This document shows positions 36,231 through 49,718 of a DNA stretch of 64,000 nt, piece by piece. Made by a program: the position numbers and the translations under genes. Each line of letters begins with the position of its first letter. Positions within the stretch are counted from its first letter, which is position 1. The notes below the pieces were generated by a model. It was not told the DNA's origin and did no database searches. It saw nothing but the letters and a program-made list of their open reading frames with translations. The DNA comes from Mobula birostris (Eukaryota): positions 60,600,505 through 60,664,504 of the forward strand of contig NC_092381.1 in the NCBI RefSeq assembly GCF_030028105.1, in the 5' to 3' direction.

Positions 36231-37469
36231 AGCTTTGAAAGGACACATAAAGAATTTTTTTTTTTTGCGTCTGGTACATATCTGCTTGGATATTGAATTT
36301 TGCAATCTGTTGGTTCACCATTGCTTTAAAAAGGGATCCTGTTCAACAGGGACTGATGGAATTAGATTCCAAATTCTTACCATTAAGTAAAAATGAGATT
36401 TCTAATTTGGTTAAAAAAAAAACTGCATGTTCATTCAAAAGATTTTTAGAAATAGCTGATACTACTTTTGAAAACATTTATTTTCTTTGAGAGTATTCAT
36501 AATGTCTAATTTTCCAAGAGGAGCTTTAGAATGAGGTTGAAATAAAATAAAATCCAATCATGGTAAAATACATCAAAAACTTTTCTGCTATCCCTGTATT
36601 ACACTGATCAGCATTTAGGACACACCCACATAATTAGGTTCTGCTGTCCAACTTGAAATACTAATTAGCTTTTGCACTGTTTAAATAATCTGCATTCTAT
36701 TACATTCTATATAATGCGTTCTTTGGAAAGAGGGAGCAGTCTAATTAAAATTTAAGTCAGATGGTATTCTGATCACTCACTTTTCCTATATCAGTTTTAT
36801 AAAAGAAATATTGCATATTGGAAGAGAGGTTATCTGACAAGGTGTCTGCATTAAAAGAAGATTTATGGTGCATTTTATAACACTTCACCTGAGTTTTCAT
36901 TGCTTGTTGCTCTACTGCTTGCTGCAAATACTGACTAATTCATATTGCCACTAGTAAAATATTGACAATAAATTGCATACATAGCATAGCATAACATTAC
37001 AGAGCACGCGTGACGTATTCTGCTTGCCCAAAGCACTTCACAGAAGCACAGTCAGATAAAAACTGCCTTCAAGCCAAAAGGAGATACCACAATGGGCCCC
37101 AGAAATAAATTTTATGCTGCCTCAAGGGAGAAGCTAAAAACACACAGGGACGGAGTTTATGGCCTAGAAAACTGAGAAGCAGTCACCATTCCCAGACAGA
37201 AGGCATTGGGAGTTGCACAAGGCCAAAGTTGGTGGAACGCTGAGCTCTTCGAGTGATGTAGAGATAAGAGAGACCGGGAACAGCAAGGTTACAAAGAGGT
37301 CTGAATATAAAGATAGGTTTGTGGAGGGTGAAAAGTGGGAGGCTAGCTAAGAATGCATTCCAGGAAAAGATCCACCAGGAAATGTCTGCTTATGATTGTC
37401 TGGAGAAATTTACAATAGTAATAAATTCATAGAATCTCATAATGTTGGTAAAAAAAAAGCAGTAAAAGA

Positions 37470-39290
37470 GAACCAAGAAATTGATAAAGTGAAGGAAAAC
37501 AGAATATGAGAGTGAGCTTGCCAGAATACTCAACCAAGAAGTGTGATGGAAAATACGTGTCCTTTACAAAAAGAACTTGCAAGGGGCAATAAGGAAACAG
37601 CCCCTTAAATAAGAACTTGGTGTCTCTTTTTAACAGAATCAAACATAAAAATTGCCAAAAATACCAATGAAGCAAGATGCTCTTACAATGAGGACATAAA
37701 GTCTTCAAGGAGATACAGACAGACCAAGTGAGTGGATAATAGCATGGCAGATAAAATGCAATGTAGAAAAATGTGAGGTCATTGACTTTGGTACACCAAA
37801 CAGAAATGCAAAGTTTTTTTTATGTTAACAGATTAGGAAATGTTAATGTTCAAAAGGGACCCAAGTGTCCTTACACACATCACCGAAAACTAATGTGACC
37901 TGAAGGCTGAGGATCTGTTGGATTTTATCACATGAGGACTGGAGGTGGTGAGTAAAGATGCCTAGCTGCAATTATATAAAATTTTAATTCAATTGCACCT
38001 GGGGTATTGTAGTCAGGTTTGGTCTATATACAAAGCAAGTATTTTTGCCAAAAATGAAATTCAATGAAGATTCACCTGACTGGTTTCTCTATATGGCAGG
38101 TTTGCCAAAGCTATACCTGCATTCTACGGGGTTTATAAAACTGAGAGGCGATATTATTGAAGTTCACAATTCCTTACAGGACATCTTCCAGATTGCTCAC
38201 AAAAATATCTTTTTTTTTTTTTACTTCTGTTATGTCAGTTTTTCCACCTTAAATTAGTTTCTGGGACTGTTAGAGTCGGCAATTTACAGTTTGGAGATCG
38301 TTTGAGTAATCTAGCGCTCTGCTGTCCCTGAGAACATTCCAGCAAGCAAGTGCCTACTCGGACAGACTCGATGAGAAGAAACTTCGATATGGGACGCGAG
38401 CCGATGTTCGACTCCATTTTGCCAGTTAAAGCATCGAGGAAGATTCGGACATTGAGGTGAAGGCAGAAGGCGATCGCCAGTTCAGCACCATCCACCTTCC
38501 TTTTGATCGCTGACAGAGAAGGAATCTGTGAGTGGCGGCTCGCTGTGGCAGGCAGGGAAGGCCTCTTTGCCTCGTGTGGTGTCCCTCTCTTTCGATGAGT
38601 GACGGCGATATTATAGAATTGTATCATGGTTCTGCATTCATGGATTGGACTATTGCGTTTATGGACTGTGGACTTCTTCAGCCTTATGGTTTTTATATTC
38701 TGTATTTTTATTGCTTGTTCCTTTTCCGTGTTGTTGTGTGAGGGGAGTATTTTGGGGGTTGATGTTCTGTTAGTTCTTTTATGCAGGGGAGGGGTTATTT
38801 TTTTTGGGGGGGGGGTCGATGTTCCTGTTCTGTTTTGTGTGGGGGGAGGGGGTTTGGGGGGGTTGATGATCGGGATGCTGTTATTTTTTGTGTGGGGAGG
38901 TGTTGTGGGTTTGCTGTTACTCTCTGAACAACTTTCGTGTTCTTTCTTTGTTTCATGGCTATTTGGAGAAGACAACCTTCAGGGTTGTATATGGATACCT
39001 GCTTTGACAATAAGTGAACCTTTAAGTCGATAGGATGGATGCAGGTAAACCACTTCCCTGCATGAAGGGTCTGGATCCATGATTCATACCCACAGATTAA
39101 GCGGTAGGCCATTTAGAACAGAAATACTGAGAAATTACTAAAGACAATCTTTTGAAAACACCACCCCCATTAGCTATGAGGGCTATGTCACTGAGTGTAT
39201 TAAAAACAGATATTTATAAATTTCTGTACATTAATGAAATCAAGGCAAATGGGGATAATGCAGGAGCATGGAGCTGAGGTAGATGAATGC
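37470..39290 (+). mobile_element. Old CR1 ORF2 fragments interrupted by a non-autonomous retroposon (~38235-39020)
   Basis: CR1-like WIIAWQIKCNVEKCEV and LRGDIIEVH before the insert; CR1 3' sequence resumes after the insert tail (TTCAGGGTTGTATATGG...GACAATAAGTGAACCTT). Confidence 0.65.
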
Positions 39291-39339
39291 TCATTTTATT
39301 TGTTTTTCTATCACTAACAACTAAATTACTAATGTTACT

Positions 39340-39695
39340 TCACAGTGGCACGGCTGGTAGAGGCACTGCCTCACAGCACCACTGATTCAGAGATGTGATC
39401 CTGAAATTCGGAATATGGAGTCTGCACAATCTTCATGTTTCTGGGTGTATTTCCCCTGGGTTTTCCAGTTTTGTCCCACATCCTAAAGATGTGCAGTTTG
39501 GTAGGTTAATTGGTCACTGTTAATTCCACCTCATGAAAGTGACTAGTAGAACGTGGGGAAGAGTAGATGGTGGGAACATGGGAAGAATAAAATAGGTTTG
39601 GGTAGGATCAGGGTAAGTAGTATTTGACGATTAGTATAGACTCTGAACTCAATAGGCCAATGGGTCTTTTTCATGTTGTATCTTTCAATGACTGA
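39340..39695 (+). mobile_element. V-domain tRNA-SINE (HE1-like)
   Basis: CAGTGGCACGGCTGGTAGAG head; GGAGTCTGCACAATCTTC...CCCACATCCTAAAGATGTGC core. Confidence 0.7.
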
Positions 39696-39879
39696 TTCTA
39701 AAACCCAACTATTACCTCATTGAGGGTAAACAATTAAGAGAACGGGAAAGAGGCATGTAATTGTCAGCCTGACTGTCTGGGTAGGCCCATTGTCTCTATG
39801 TGCTCCTGTCCCACTGAGCTTGTGTCCTCATACCTCAACTCTATTCTATTCCCCTAGCTTCAGCCCCTTTCTTCCTACA

Positions 39880-41583
39880 TCTGCAATACTTCACATGATT
39901 TCAATCTCCTCACCTCCTGGCCATGACACTCTCATTTTCATCATGGAAGTCCAGACCCTACACACTTCTACAACCCCCATCAAGAAGGCCTTTAACCCCT
40001 TCATTTCTTTCTCAACATAAGCACCACCCAGTCCCCTCCACCACCAACCTCCTCCATCTGGCAGAACTGGTCCTCACTCAAAATAATTTCTGCTTTGGCT
40101 CCTCCCAGACTCAAGGGGTAGCCATGAGCACTCGCATGGAGCTAGCTATGCCTGCCTCTTTGGTAGCTATGTAGAATAGTCTATTTTCCAAGCCTTCCTT
40201 GGTAATACTTTCCAACTCTTCCTTACTACATTAACAACAACATTGGTGCTGCTTCATGCACCCATGCTGAGCTTGTCAATTTCATCAACTTTGCCTCCAA
40301 CTTCCACCCTGCCCTTTAATTCACTTGGTCCATTTCTGATACTTCTCTCCCTTTTCTCAACCTCTCTGTCTCCATCTCTGGAGACAAACTTTTTAACAAC
40401 ATCCTTTATAAAGACACCATTTCCACGGCTATCTTGCCTATACCTCTTCCCATGCTGTCTCCTGTAAAAATGCTATTCCTTTTCTCAGCTCATTCATCTC
40501 CCAGGATGAGGCTTTCCTTTCCAGGACATCAGAGGTCTCTTACTTCATCAAAGAATGGGGATTCCTTTTGTCAACCATTGATGCTGCCCTTACCCACATC
40601 TCCTCCATTTCCCACTGCCTTAGCAGGGATAGAGTTCCTCTTGTCCTAATCTACTATTCCATGAGCCTCTGCATCCAATACATCATTCCCCTCATCTTCC
40701 ACCATCTCCAAAGGGATCCTACCACCAAATACATCTTTATCTCCCTTCCATTCTCTGTTCCCTGCAGGAATTGCTCCCTCCATGATTCCCTTTTCTATTC
40801 ATCCTTCCCTGCTAATCTCCCTCCTGGCACTTAACCCTGCAAGTGGCCAGAGTGCTACACCTGCCCAGTCACACCCTCCCTCAGCTCTATTTAGCCCCCA
40901 AACAGTACTTCCAGATGAGGGAACACTTCACCTGTGATTCTGTTGGGGTTGTCTATTATATCCAGTGCTCCTGAAGTGGCCTCCTCTACATTGGTGACAC
41001 CTGTCATAGACAGGGGGACCGCTTTGTCAAGCACATCTGCTCCATCTACCAAAATTGGAATTTCCTGGTGGCCAACCATTTTAAATCCTGTTCCCATTCC
41101 TGTTCTAAGATGTTTGTGTACGACCTCCTCTTGTGCCACAATGAGGCCACTCTCAGGATGGATGAGCATCAACTCATATTCTGTCTGGGTAGCCTCTTAC
41201 ATGATAGCATGAACATCGATTTCTCCTCCCAGTAAAAACTTTCTTACCTCACCCTTACCTCTTCTGCTATTCTCCTCTCTGGCCTTTTAACACTTCTCAC
41301 CTGCCTATCAACACCCCTAGTGCTCCTCCTTCTTCCCTTTCTCCCGTGTCCACTCTTATCAGATTCCCTCCTCTCCAGCCCTTCATCTTTCCCTCCTACC
41401 TGGCTTTCTTTACCCCTCACCTTGTAACTGTCCTCCTTTCCCACCCTACCATTTTATTCTTGTGTCTTCTCCCTCCCTTTCCAGTCCTGAGGAAGGTTCT
41501 CAGCCCAAAACGTTGACTGTTTATTAATTTCCATCATTGCTGCCTGGGCTGCTGAGTTCCTCCAGCACTTTGTATGTGTTGCA
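39880..41583 (+). mobile_element. Penelope-like element remnant (RT, GIY-YIG and pseudo-LTR)
   Basis: RT-like LIFIMEVQTLHTS and LAELVLTQNNF..QTQGVAMSTRM; GIY-YIG-like VVYYIQCS.SGLLYIGDT...GDRFVKH (~40945-41040); terminal repeat with hammerhead at 41482-41519. Confidence 0.88.
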
Positions 41584-42161
41584 TGCCATTGTCAAGCATC
41601 CTGACACAATAATTGGGGAACAGAGAAGAAAGTGGAAGAGAGATGGACAAGAGAGGTACAAGAAAATGAGCAAGTGAATGGAGAGCAGAGAATGGGAAAT
41701 TGTCTTGATGATGAGAGTTTAAGTAAAGCACTTGGAGAAGGGAGGGAGTAAACGATGTGCTATACTTTGGGGTGTTGCTAGTGGAAAGCACCTTATCTTG
41801 GGGGGTGCGCGGGGCAGAGGAGGTGAAAGAGTTTATAAATGTGACATGACAGGTTAAGTAGTAGTAATATTTCTGGGTTGGTGGAAGTTGTCATGTCAGG
41901 AGCTGAATATGCAGGTTAGCTGTTGTTATACACAGTCCTTCAGCTGAAGCAACAGAAAAGATCTGCAAACAATCAGAAATTTATATCAAGAGTCATGATG
42001 CATTTGTTGGGGTTTCTACATAAATATGGATGGTATCATAACAGAAAATAATCTAGGGCATTCATCTACGTGGTTTTCAGTGCATTTTATGATAGATTGA
42101 TCCTACCCATGAACTAATTTTTAATATTTGGATTCCTTTCATTATACATAAAATTTAACTA

Positions 42162-43785
42162 CAGTGCCTATAAAAAATATTCACCCTCTTGGAAGTTTTC
42201 TTGTTTTATCGTTAAACAACACTGAATCACAGTGGATTTAATTTGACTTTTTTTGACACTGATCAACAGAAAAAGACTCTTTCATCTCAAATTGAAAACA
42301 GATCTCTACAAAGTGATCTAAATTAATTACAAATATAAAACATACAATAATTGATTGGATAAGTAGTCACCTGCTTTAATATGACACACCAAATCATCAC
42401 TGATACAGGCAATTGGTTTTATAAGTCACATAATTAGTTAAATGGAGATCTGTGTGCAGGCAAGGTGTTTCAATTGATTACAGTAAATATACACAGGTAT
42501 CTGGAAGAGCCAACTGCTGGCGAGTCTGTATCCTGTTAAAATCTACACCATGAAGAGAAAAGAACACTCCAAGCAATTTCGCAACAAGGTACTTGAAAAG
42601 CACAAGTGAAAAGATGGATACAAGAAAATTTCCAAGTCACTGAATATCCTTTGGAGTACAGTTAAGTCAATCATCAAGAAATGGAAAGAAAATGGCACAG
42701 CTGTAAATCTGCCTAGAGCAGGCCATCCTCAAAAAGTGAGTAACCGTGCAAGAAGGGGACTAGTGAGTGAGGCCACCAAGAGACCTGTGACAAATCCAGA
42801 GGAGTTACAAGCTTTGGTGACCAAGGTGGGAGAGACTGCACAAGCAACAACTGTTGCCTGGGTGCTTCACCAGTCACAGCTTTATGGGAGAATGGCAAAG
42901 AGAAAGCCACTGTTGAAAAAAAAACTCTCATGAAATCTCAGCTAGGGTTTGCCAGAAGGCATGTGGGAGACTCTGAAGTCAGCTGGAAGAAGGTTCCATG
43001 GTCTGATAAAACCAAAATTAAGCCTTTTGGCCATCAGACTAAATGCTATGTTTGGCGTAAGCCAAAGACCGCATCATCGTCAAAAACACACCATCCCAAT
43101 TATGAAGCATGGTGGTGGATGCATTATCCTGAGGGGGTGCTTTACTGCAGCAGGCCCTGAAAGGCTTGTGAAGGTAGAGGGTAAAATGAATGCAGCAAGA
43201 TACAGGGAAATCCCGGAGGAAAACCTGACACAGTCTGCAAGAGAACTGCGCCTTGAGGGAAGATTTGTCTTCCAGCAAGACAATGACCCCAAGCGTAAAG
43301 CCAAAGTTACACAGGAATGGCTTAAGAGCAATGAAGTTAATGTCCTAGAGTGGCCAAGTCAGAGTCCAGACCTCAATCCAATTGAGAATTTGTGGCTGGA
43401 CTTGAAAAGGACTATTCAGTCATGATCTCTATACAATCTGATAGAGCTTGAGCTGTTTCGTAAAGAAGAATGGGTAAAAATTGTAGCATCCAGATGTGCA
43501 AAGCTGATAGAGACCTATCTTCACAGACTCTAGGTTGTAATTGTTGCCAAAGGTACATCTACTAAATACTGACTTGGAGGGGGTGAATACTTACGCAATC
43601 AATTATTTTGTGTTTTACACTTGTAATTAATTTAGCTAACTTTATGGAGATCTGTTTTCACTTTGACACAAGTCTTTTTCTGTTGCTCAGTGTCAAAAAA
43701 GCCAAATAAAATCCACTGTGATTCAATGTTGTAAAACAATAAAACATGAAAACTTCCAGGGGGGGAATACTTTTTATAGGCACTG
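42162..43785 (+). mobile_element. Full-length Tc1-like DNA transposon (IR/DR type, ~210-bp TIRs)
   Basis: Ends CAGTGCCTATAAAAA...TTTTTATAGGCACTG; TA on the left, TT on the right (mutated TA); long TIRs with inner direct repeats. Confidence 0.95.
42550..43572 (+). pseudogene. DD34E Tc1 transposase pseudogene
   Basis: MKRKEHSKQ...GYKKISK paired-like domain; WSDKTK, FQQDNDPK, SPDLNPIENLW with 34 residues between the second D and E; ends KGTSTKY*; premature stops and frameshifts. Confidence 0.93.
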
Positions 43786-45324
43786 TTCATTGTTTCAGAA
43801 TCAGATGAACTATGTTCCAATTTATATAAACTCTGGCATTTGGTTTATTCTGCGACATTCGTATGGACTTCCACTCTCTGTTTGCTCTGTCCTTATTGAT
43901 CTAAAATTATTTTCTCCACCATTTCTCAAATTCTTGGTTAAGTACTCAAAATCAACAGATTGCTCCATTTGCTGTGTTTCCTCTATCTCCCTGGAGTAGT
44001 GCTCAACTATTACAGAGTTGACTGATGAAGATCTAAACAGGATTCATACAGTACCAGATATGCATTGTCAGTTAACTCAGCTATCCAGTGGAAGGTACTG
44101 GAAAGAATGATAATTATTGTAAGTTGCTTTGCTGCCTGAGGGGGAGAGGCTCAATCTAACCCATCGATGACTTCCAAATTTTCGTTAACTTGTCTGAAGA
44201 ATCAGTTAAGAATGATATTGCAAAGGATCACCTCTTAAAAAGTTTATGGCTTTGTTTTCTGTTCACACATGTAATGAAAACCCAGGAGGGAATCCAATCG
44301 CAACCAGCTACGGTAAGATAGACATCACTAATACGATGATGATTTTACTGCAATAATGCCTCCATATCTCATTACCTCTCAGATGTTTCCATCTAAAAGG
44401 GAATGTAAATATTTAATTTCTAATTGGAACAGTCTAGTTGAAAGTATTAATCATTTGTTCAAATTACTGCTTAAATATTACCCTTTGTGGGATGAGAGGA
44501 TCACTGACAAAAGTAGTGGGATTTTTGCTAACGGTTTGTTGCTTTTGAAGAACTAGTGGGAGGTGTCTCTCTTGAACTGTTGCATTCAACTTAGCAAAGG
44601 TGCATTTTGGATGCTATTGGAAAGATTTCAGGATTTAGTTTTGATTTGAAGGAATACTGAAGGCATAATTCCAAATCTATGGCATATGAAGTGGAACTTA
44701 TGATATTCCATGTATCTGCTGCATTTGTCCTTTAGATATAGAAGTGCTATTGAAATATTTTCTAAATTGTTGCCATTCACCACATTGATGGTACATATTG
44801 TAGGCACAATATGCCAGAGGTGGGTGGGGAGGGGTGCAGATGTTGAAGTTTAAAGCAGTGGATGAAATGCTGATCGTGTTTTCATATTTTGAGCTGCACA
44901 CATTGAGGCCAATTGAGTTGTGACATTATATTCCTAATCTCTGCCTTGTAGGGGGTGAAATGATTTTGGAGAATCAAAAGGTGAACCTCTTGCAATTGCT
45001 GTGGAATGCCCAAGATCCAACTCACAGCTAAATGTAAAGTTCTATGTGGCTTGTATAACTATTTGGTAATGGTGACAGTCAGAATATTGATGATAGAGAA
45101 ATTGACATTTATTATTTTGCTGACTGCCAAACAGCAAATATCAAAACCCTTTTGGAGATGGTCTTGTCTCATTCAAATATTAATGGGCAGCTATTAGACC
45201 AAGCTCAAATATTATTCATAAGACATAGGACATAAGAGCAGAATTAGGCTGTTTGGCCCATCGAGTCTGCTCCACCACTCAATCATGGCTGATCCTTTTC
45301 TTTCCCCTCCTCAGCCCCACTAGA

Positions 45325-46431
45325 GACTTCAGTTTAGCATTTAACACCATCATACCCCAGAAACCGGTGGGGAAACTGTCCTCACCAAGTCTGAACACCT
45401 CCCTCTGTGACTGGATCCTGCACTTAACAGAAAAGCCACAGTCAGTCTGTGTGGGCAGTAACGTCTCTTGTCCCATTCTTCTGAGCACTGGTGCTCTCAG
45501 GGCCGTGTGCTCAGCCCACAGCCGTTTACACGGCTGACACACGACTGTGTCACAGGATTCAGATCCAACCATGCCATCAAGTTCGTGGATGACACAACAG
45601 TGGCTGGCTTCATCAACAATGATGATGAGACGGAGTGCAGAGAGGAAGTTGAATGGCTGATGAACTGGTGTGAGAGCCACAATCCAAGTCTAAACATGGA
45701 GAAGACCAAGGAAATTACTGTGGACTTTAGGAAGGAGCAGATGAACCACCCCTGTCTGGCTTCTCCATAGAGAGAGTTGAGTGTACTAAGTTCCTGGGAG
45801 CTCACATCATGGATGACCTCACATCCTAAGGAGATTAAGGCAAGTGAGGCTCCCCTCCCTTCCCACAAATCTTAACTGAATTTTATAGGAACACCATTGA
45901 CAGCATCCTGACAAGTTGCATCTCCATCTGGTATGGGAGCAGCAGTGCATTGGACCAGAAGTCCCTATAAAAGATTGTGAGAACAGCTGAGGATTATAGG
46001 GATCTCCCTACCATTCATCTAGGACATTTATCAGGAGCGCTGCAAACGCAGGGCCCTTAGTATTATGAAGGATCCCACCTGTACATCCAACATCCTCTTC
46101 CTACCATCAGGCAGGAGACTCAGATACATAAAGACAAGAATGGTCAGGATGGGAAACAGATTCTTCTGTCAGGCCATTAGGCTTCTGAACTCCCAGCCAC
46201 AGCACTTTCGAAGCGTCACAGCTTAATTTGTACTGTACCCCACAGTATTTAATTTATACAATTTACTTCATTTATCTGCGGAATTCATTTGCAGATTTTA
46301 TTCTTTCTTTCCTAAGTTATTGTGTGTTATATGTATGTATACTACTGTGCTTTACACTCTGGTCAAGAGAAATGTTATCTCATTTGATGGTATACATGCA
46401 TATAGTCAAATGACAATAAACTTGACTTGAC
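45325..46431 (+). mobile_element. Rex1/Babar-like LINE RT and 3' end
   Basis: [44 protein letters not shown]; AATAAA(CTTGA)n tail. Confidence 0.88.
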
Positions 46432-46599
46432 AATCAAAGCAGGCCACACAATTTTGGGGACAGATTAATAAATACTAGTCTTGCCAATGATATCCATGTC
46501 TTATCCTTCAATGTAGGAAATTTAAGATGCCAGTCCAGTCTCAGGAAATGGCATGCTTGCCTCATGGTCAGAAGGAGCTGGTTCTTGACTTCAGGAGTT

Positions 46600-47090
46600 A
46601 GAACATTGAACAGTACAGCTATTCAGTCCATAATGTTGTGCTGATCTTGATGTCAATTTATAATAAACACCCTCTTCCTGCGTATCATCCATAACCCCCA
46701 TTCCTTTCAGATTCACGTGTCTATCTAAAAGGCTCTAAAAAACCCACCAGACTGCTAGCTTCTACTATTACCCCCAATCAGAGATTTTATGATTCTCTGC
46801 ATAAAATCACCTCTCACATCGCCTTTAAACCTTCTCCCTCAAACCTTGACATCACATCCTCTGGTGTTTGATATTTCTATGCTGGGGAACAAATTCTGAC
46901 TGTCTACTCTACGCCTCTCATATTTTAGAAAACTTCTATCTGGTTCCTTCTTGGTCTCCAGCACTCTAGCAAACAACCCAAGTTGGTCCAACCTTTCCTT
47001 ATATCTCCTGCCCTCTAAGGTAGGCTCCATCCTGGTAAACCTATTCAGCACCCTCTCCATAGTCTTCACATCCTTCCTATAATGGGATGG
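46600..47090 (-). mobile_element. CR1 3' fragment
   Basis: PSHYRKDVKTMERVLNRFTRM...YKERLDQLGLF. Confidence 0.8.
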
Positions 47091-48389
47091 CAATTCTATT
47101 TTAATTAGCACCATAAATTTAGGTGAAGGCAACATAAAGTTGTTACAGGAGATTCTTAAGTGAAACTCAATAAGGAGGAATTGCAAAATCATCCATTTTG
47201 TTAGTGAGGTGGATAGAGTAATTTTTAAACAGCAAGAAGCTATAAACCGAACCTGGCCTCTGAGGTATAACAACATCTAATTAGACCAGTTCTGCCCTTC
47301 TTCATCACAGCTAACAAAAGCCATTAACTCTAGTTTTAAGGTTTTCCATTGATGTTGCGGGAACAATAATACATGATGTTGGAGAAAGTTGATGTCTGGG
47401 ACAGCCTACAAGACCAGCTGCTATTGAATTAACCCTTTACTAGCTCACATTTATCACAGCACTATCTATTTTGTCAACTGATTTAAAACACATGCATTGT
47501 TATAGTAATTAAACACTTGGAAGAGATTGAGGAAACACTATAATCACGATAGTAGACTGATTCATAATGATTATGACAATTGAAATCTAATCAGGACTGT
47601 TACTCTGTTATCACTCCATGTATCAAGAGACTTAATGATAGGCCAATTCGAATAGAATTCTGTAAAGGAATCATGAGTAGGCTGTTCCGGTAAAGACTCA
47701 GTATTATCATTTCGGTATAAAACAGAAAACAGAAAACACAGGACATTTTCAGCAATCCAGTTGATCTATAACAAAAGCATGATAGGTCTCTGGACAAGCC
47801 TAAACTATGTTTAGCAGGAAATAGTTCAAGATTTTACCATATTTTGTTTGAAGCAGCATCGGAGTGAATTTGAAGATCACAGCTCTCTCTTTGCAGAACA
47901 GAACCACACTCTGGCTACCTCTCCCTTCCAAAGCAAGGAAATAAATAATTTCTCCTGATGAGTTTCCATCAGAAGAAACATAAGGTGCAAGCAGAGTGTA
48001 GGTAGGAGAAATGGAGTCAAAAGGAATGACAGCACAGGGCAAACTGGGAGCTGTAATTGAGCAACGAAACAAACCAAAAGAGTGATATAGAGAAGCTAAA
48101 AATGATAAAGGTATTAACAGTAATTGCTGTACCATAAAATATGGGGTACTCATTATGACTTGCAATAAATGAACTCAATATTGACACTGGAAGGCTGTAC
48201 TTTAATGTGCTTGCTGAATTTCATTTGAACAATGTCCAAGGCTTGAGTTTCCTTTTCTCCATTGACCAATATTGTTTGCCAGCTTACTTTACAACTTCCT
48301 AATTCTATCCACACATTCCATAGAATTGCCTAATTGTTAGCATAGTTTAAGTGTACAGCATACTCCCTCATTCAATTCATCTCTAAATA

Positions 48390-48710
48390 GAAATATATTA
48401 TAGCATAGAAATAGGCCATGTGACCAGCAAGTCTGTGCCAACCGTCAACTGTTCACTTATACTAATCCTGCACTAGTTTTTCTTTATTCTCCTTAAATTC
48501 ATATCAATCCCTTAAGAACCCACCTACACATTCAGGACAATATAAAGTAGTCAATTAGCCCACCTACTGGACATCCTTGAGATGCAAAAAAACTAATGCA
48601 CCTGGAGGAAATCCTGAGGCGACAGCGAGAGTGTGCAAACTCCATGCTGCTGGCAGTACAGGTCAGGACTGAACCTGATTCACTGCTAGTGTGAATCAGC
48701 AGCTTCCAAG
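48390..48710 (-). mobile_element. V-domain tRNA-SINE remnant
   Basis: GTGTGCAAACTCCA and GGTCAGGACTGAACC reverse motifs. Confidence 0.6.
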
Positions 48711-49424
48711 CCCACTTATGTCAACTTGATCTCAACTGCATTGCCCCTACATGACGTTTGGTTTGGATAATTTGTTTGATCTGCTGTAAATGTTTGGATC
48801 AACCTATGATTGCTGCCAATTTCATTGTCATCTCAGGACATGGTACAGGAATGTGGGGTTGCCTGAGTTTTACAAAATAATGCTGGAAACAATATCTGTA
48901 CATACAACCAACAAAATGCTCTAAACCTGTTACTTAAAATACTCTGTTTCAACAGGGTCCACTACATATATCTCAGTGTCTCTGAGTTTTATTCCAGTGT
49001 ACATTTTCCACAGTAGTGATTCATTACACCTATCTATGCAATAATCAGTAAATAAGATACATCTTCTGTCAGATGGCAGAGAGTAATCTATTACAAGTGT
49101 TTATATCCAAAGTTATTACCAACAATTTCCAGACTTTGCTTCCAATCTGACACCATCAGTGACACCAGAGATTTGTTCTCTTGTATTGGGAATAAAATGT
49201 TCATAATGGTTTCTGTCAGTGCACATGTTGCCCTTTAAACACTAATCATTTTATTATGAGCATTATGCCTTTCTCTGATTACAGTACTGTGACAAAACAG
49301 CTTCCAGGCAAGTATTCAAGCAAATAAAGGAGGTTAATTGACTTCATACTTTGTAATACTGATTTCTATAATATGTGAATTCACCACCCCTCCCCCCATC
49401 CACCACCACCAATCTTTGCCCAAT

Positions 49425-49718
49425 TTATTTACTTCGGTATTTATTGAGATACAGTGTGGCACAGGACCCTCCAGTCCACCAAGCCACACCACCTAGGAAC
49501 CCCGATTTAACCCTAGACCAGTCACAAGACAATCTACAATGATCAATCAACGTACAAACCAGCACATCCCCAGACCTTGGGAGGAAACAGAAGGACCCAG
49601 AGGAAACCCCCGTGGTCATGAGGAGAATGTACAAACTCCTTAAGGCAGCAGTGGGAACTGAACCCGGGTCACCTGTACCATAAAGCGTTGTGCTAACCAC
49701 TACATTACTGTGCTGCCC
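49425..49718 (-). mobile_element. V-domain tRNA-SINE with (AAAT)-type tail
   Basis: Reverse complement GGGGCAGCACAGTAATGTAGTGGTTAGCAC (A box), GGGTTCAGTTCCC (B box), GGAGTTTGTACATTCTCC V-domain. Confidence 0.8.

Noticed and set aside
38235-38975. 246-aa minus-strand ORF and overlapping 135-aa plus-strand ORF
   Set aside because: They lie in a G/T-rich non-autonomous repeat; low-complexity P/K/T/N or G/V/L composition; no domain motifs.
47950-47980. CTGATGA...GAAA as a possible extra hammerhead
   Set aside because: No stem I, II or III can be built; the segment is a simple hairpin (TTTCT-C-CTGATG/CATCAG-A-AGAAA).
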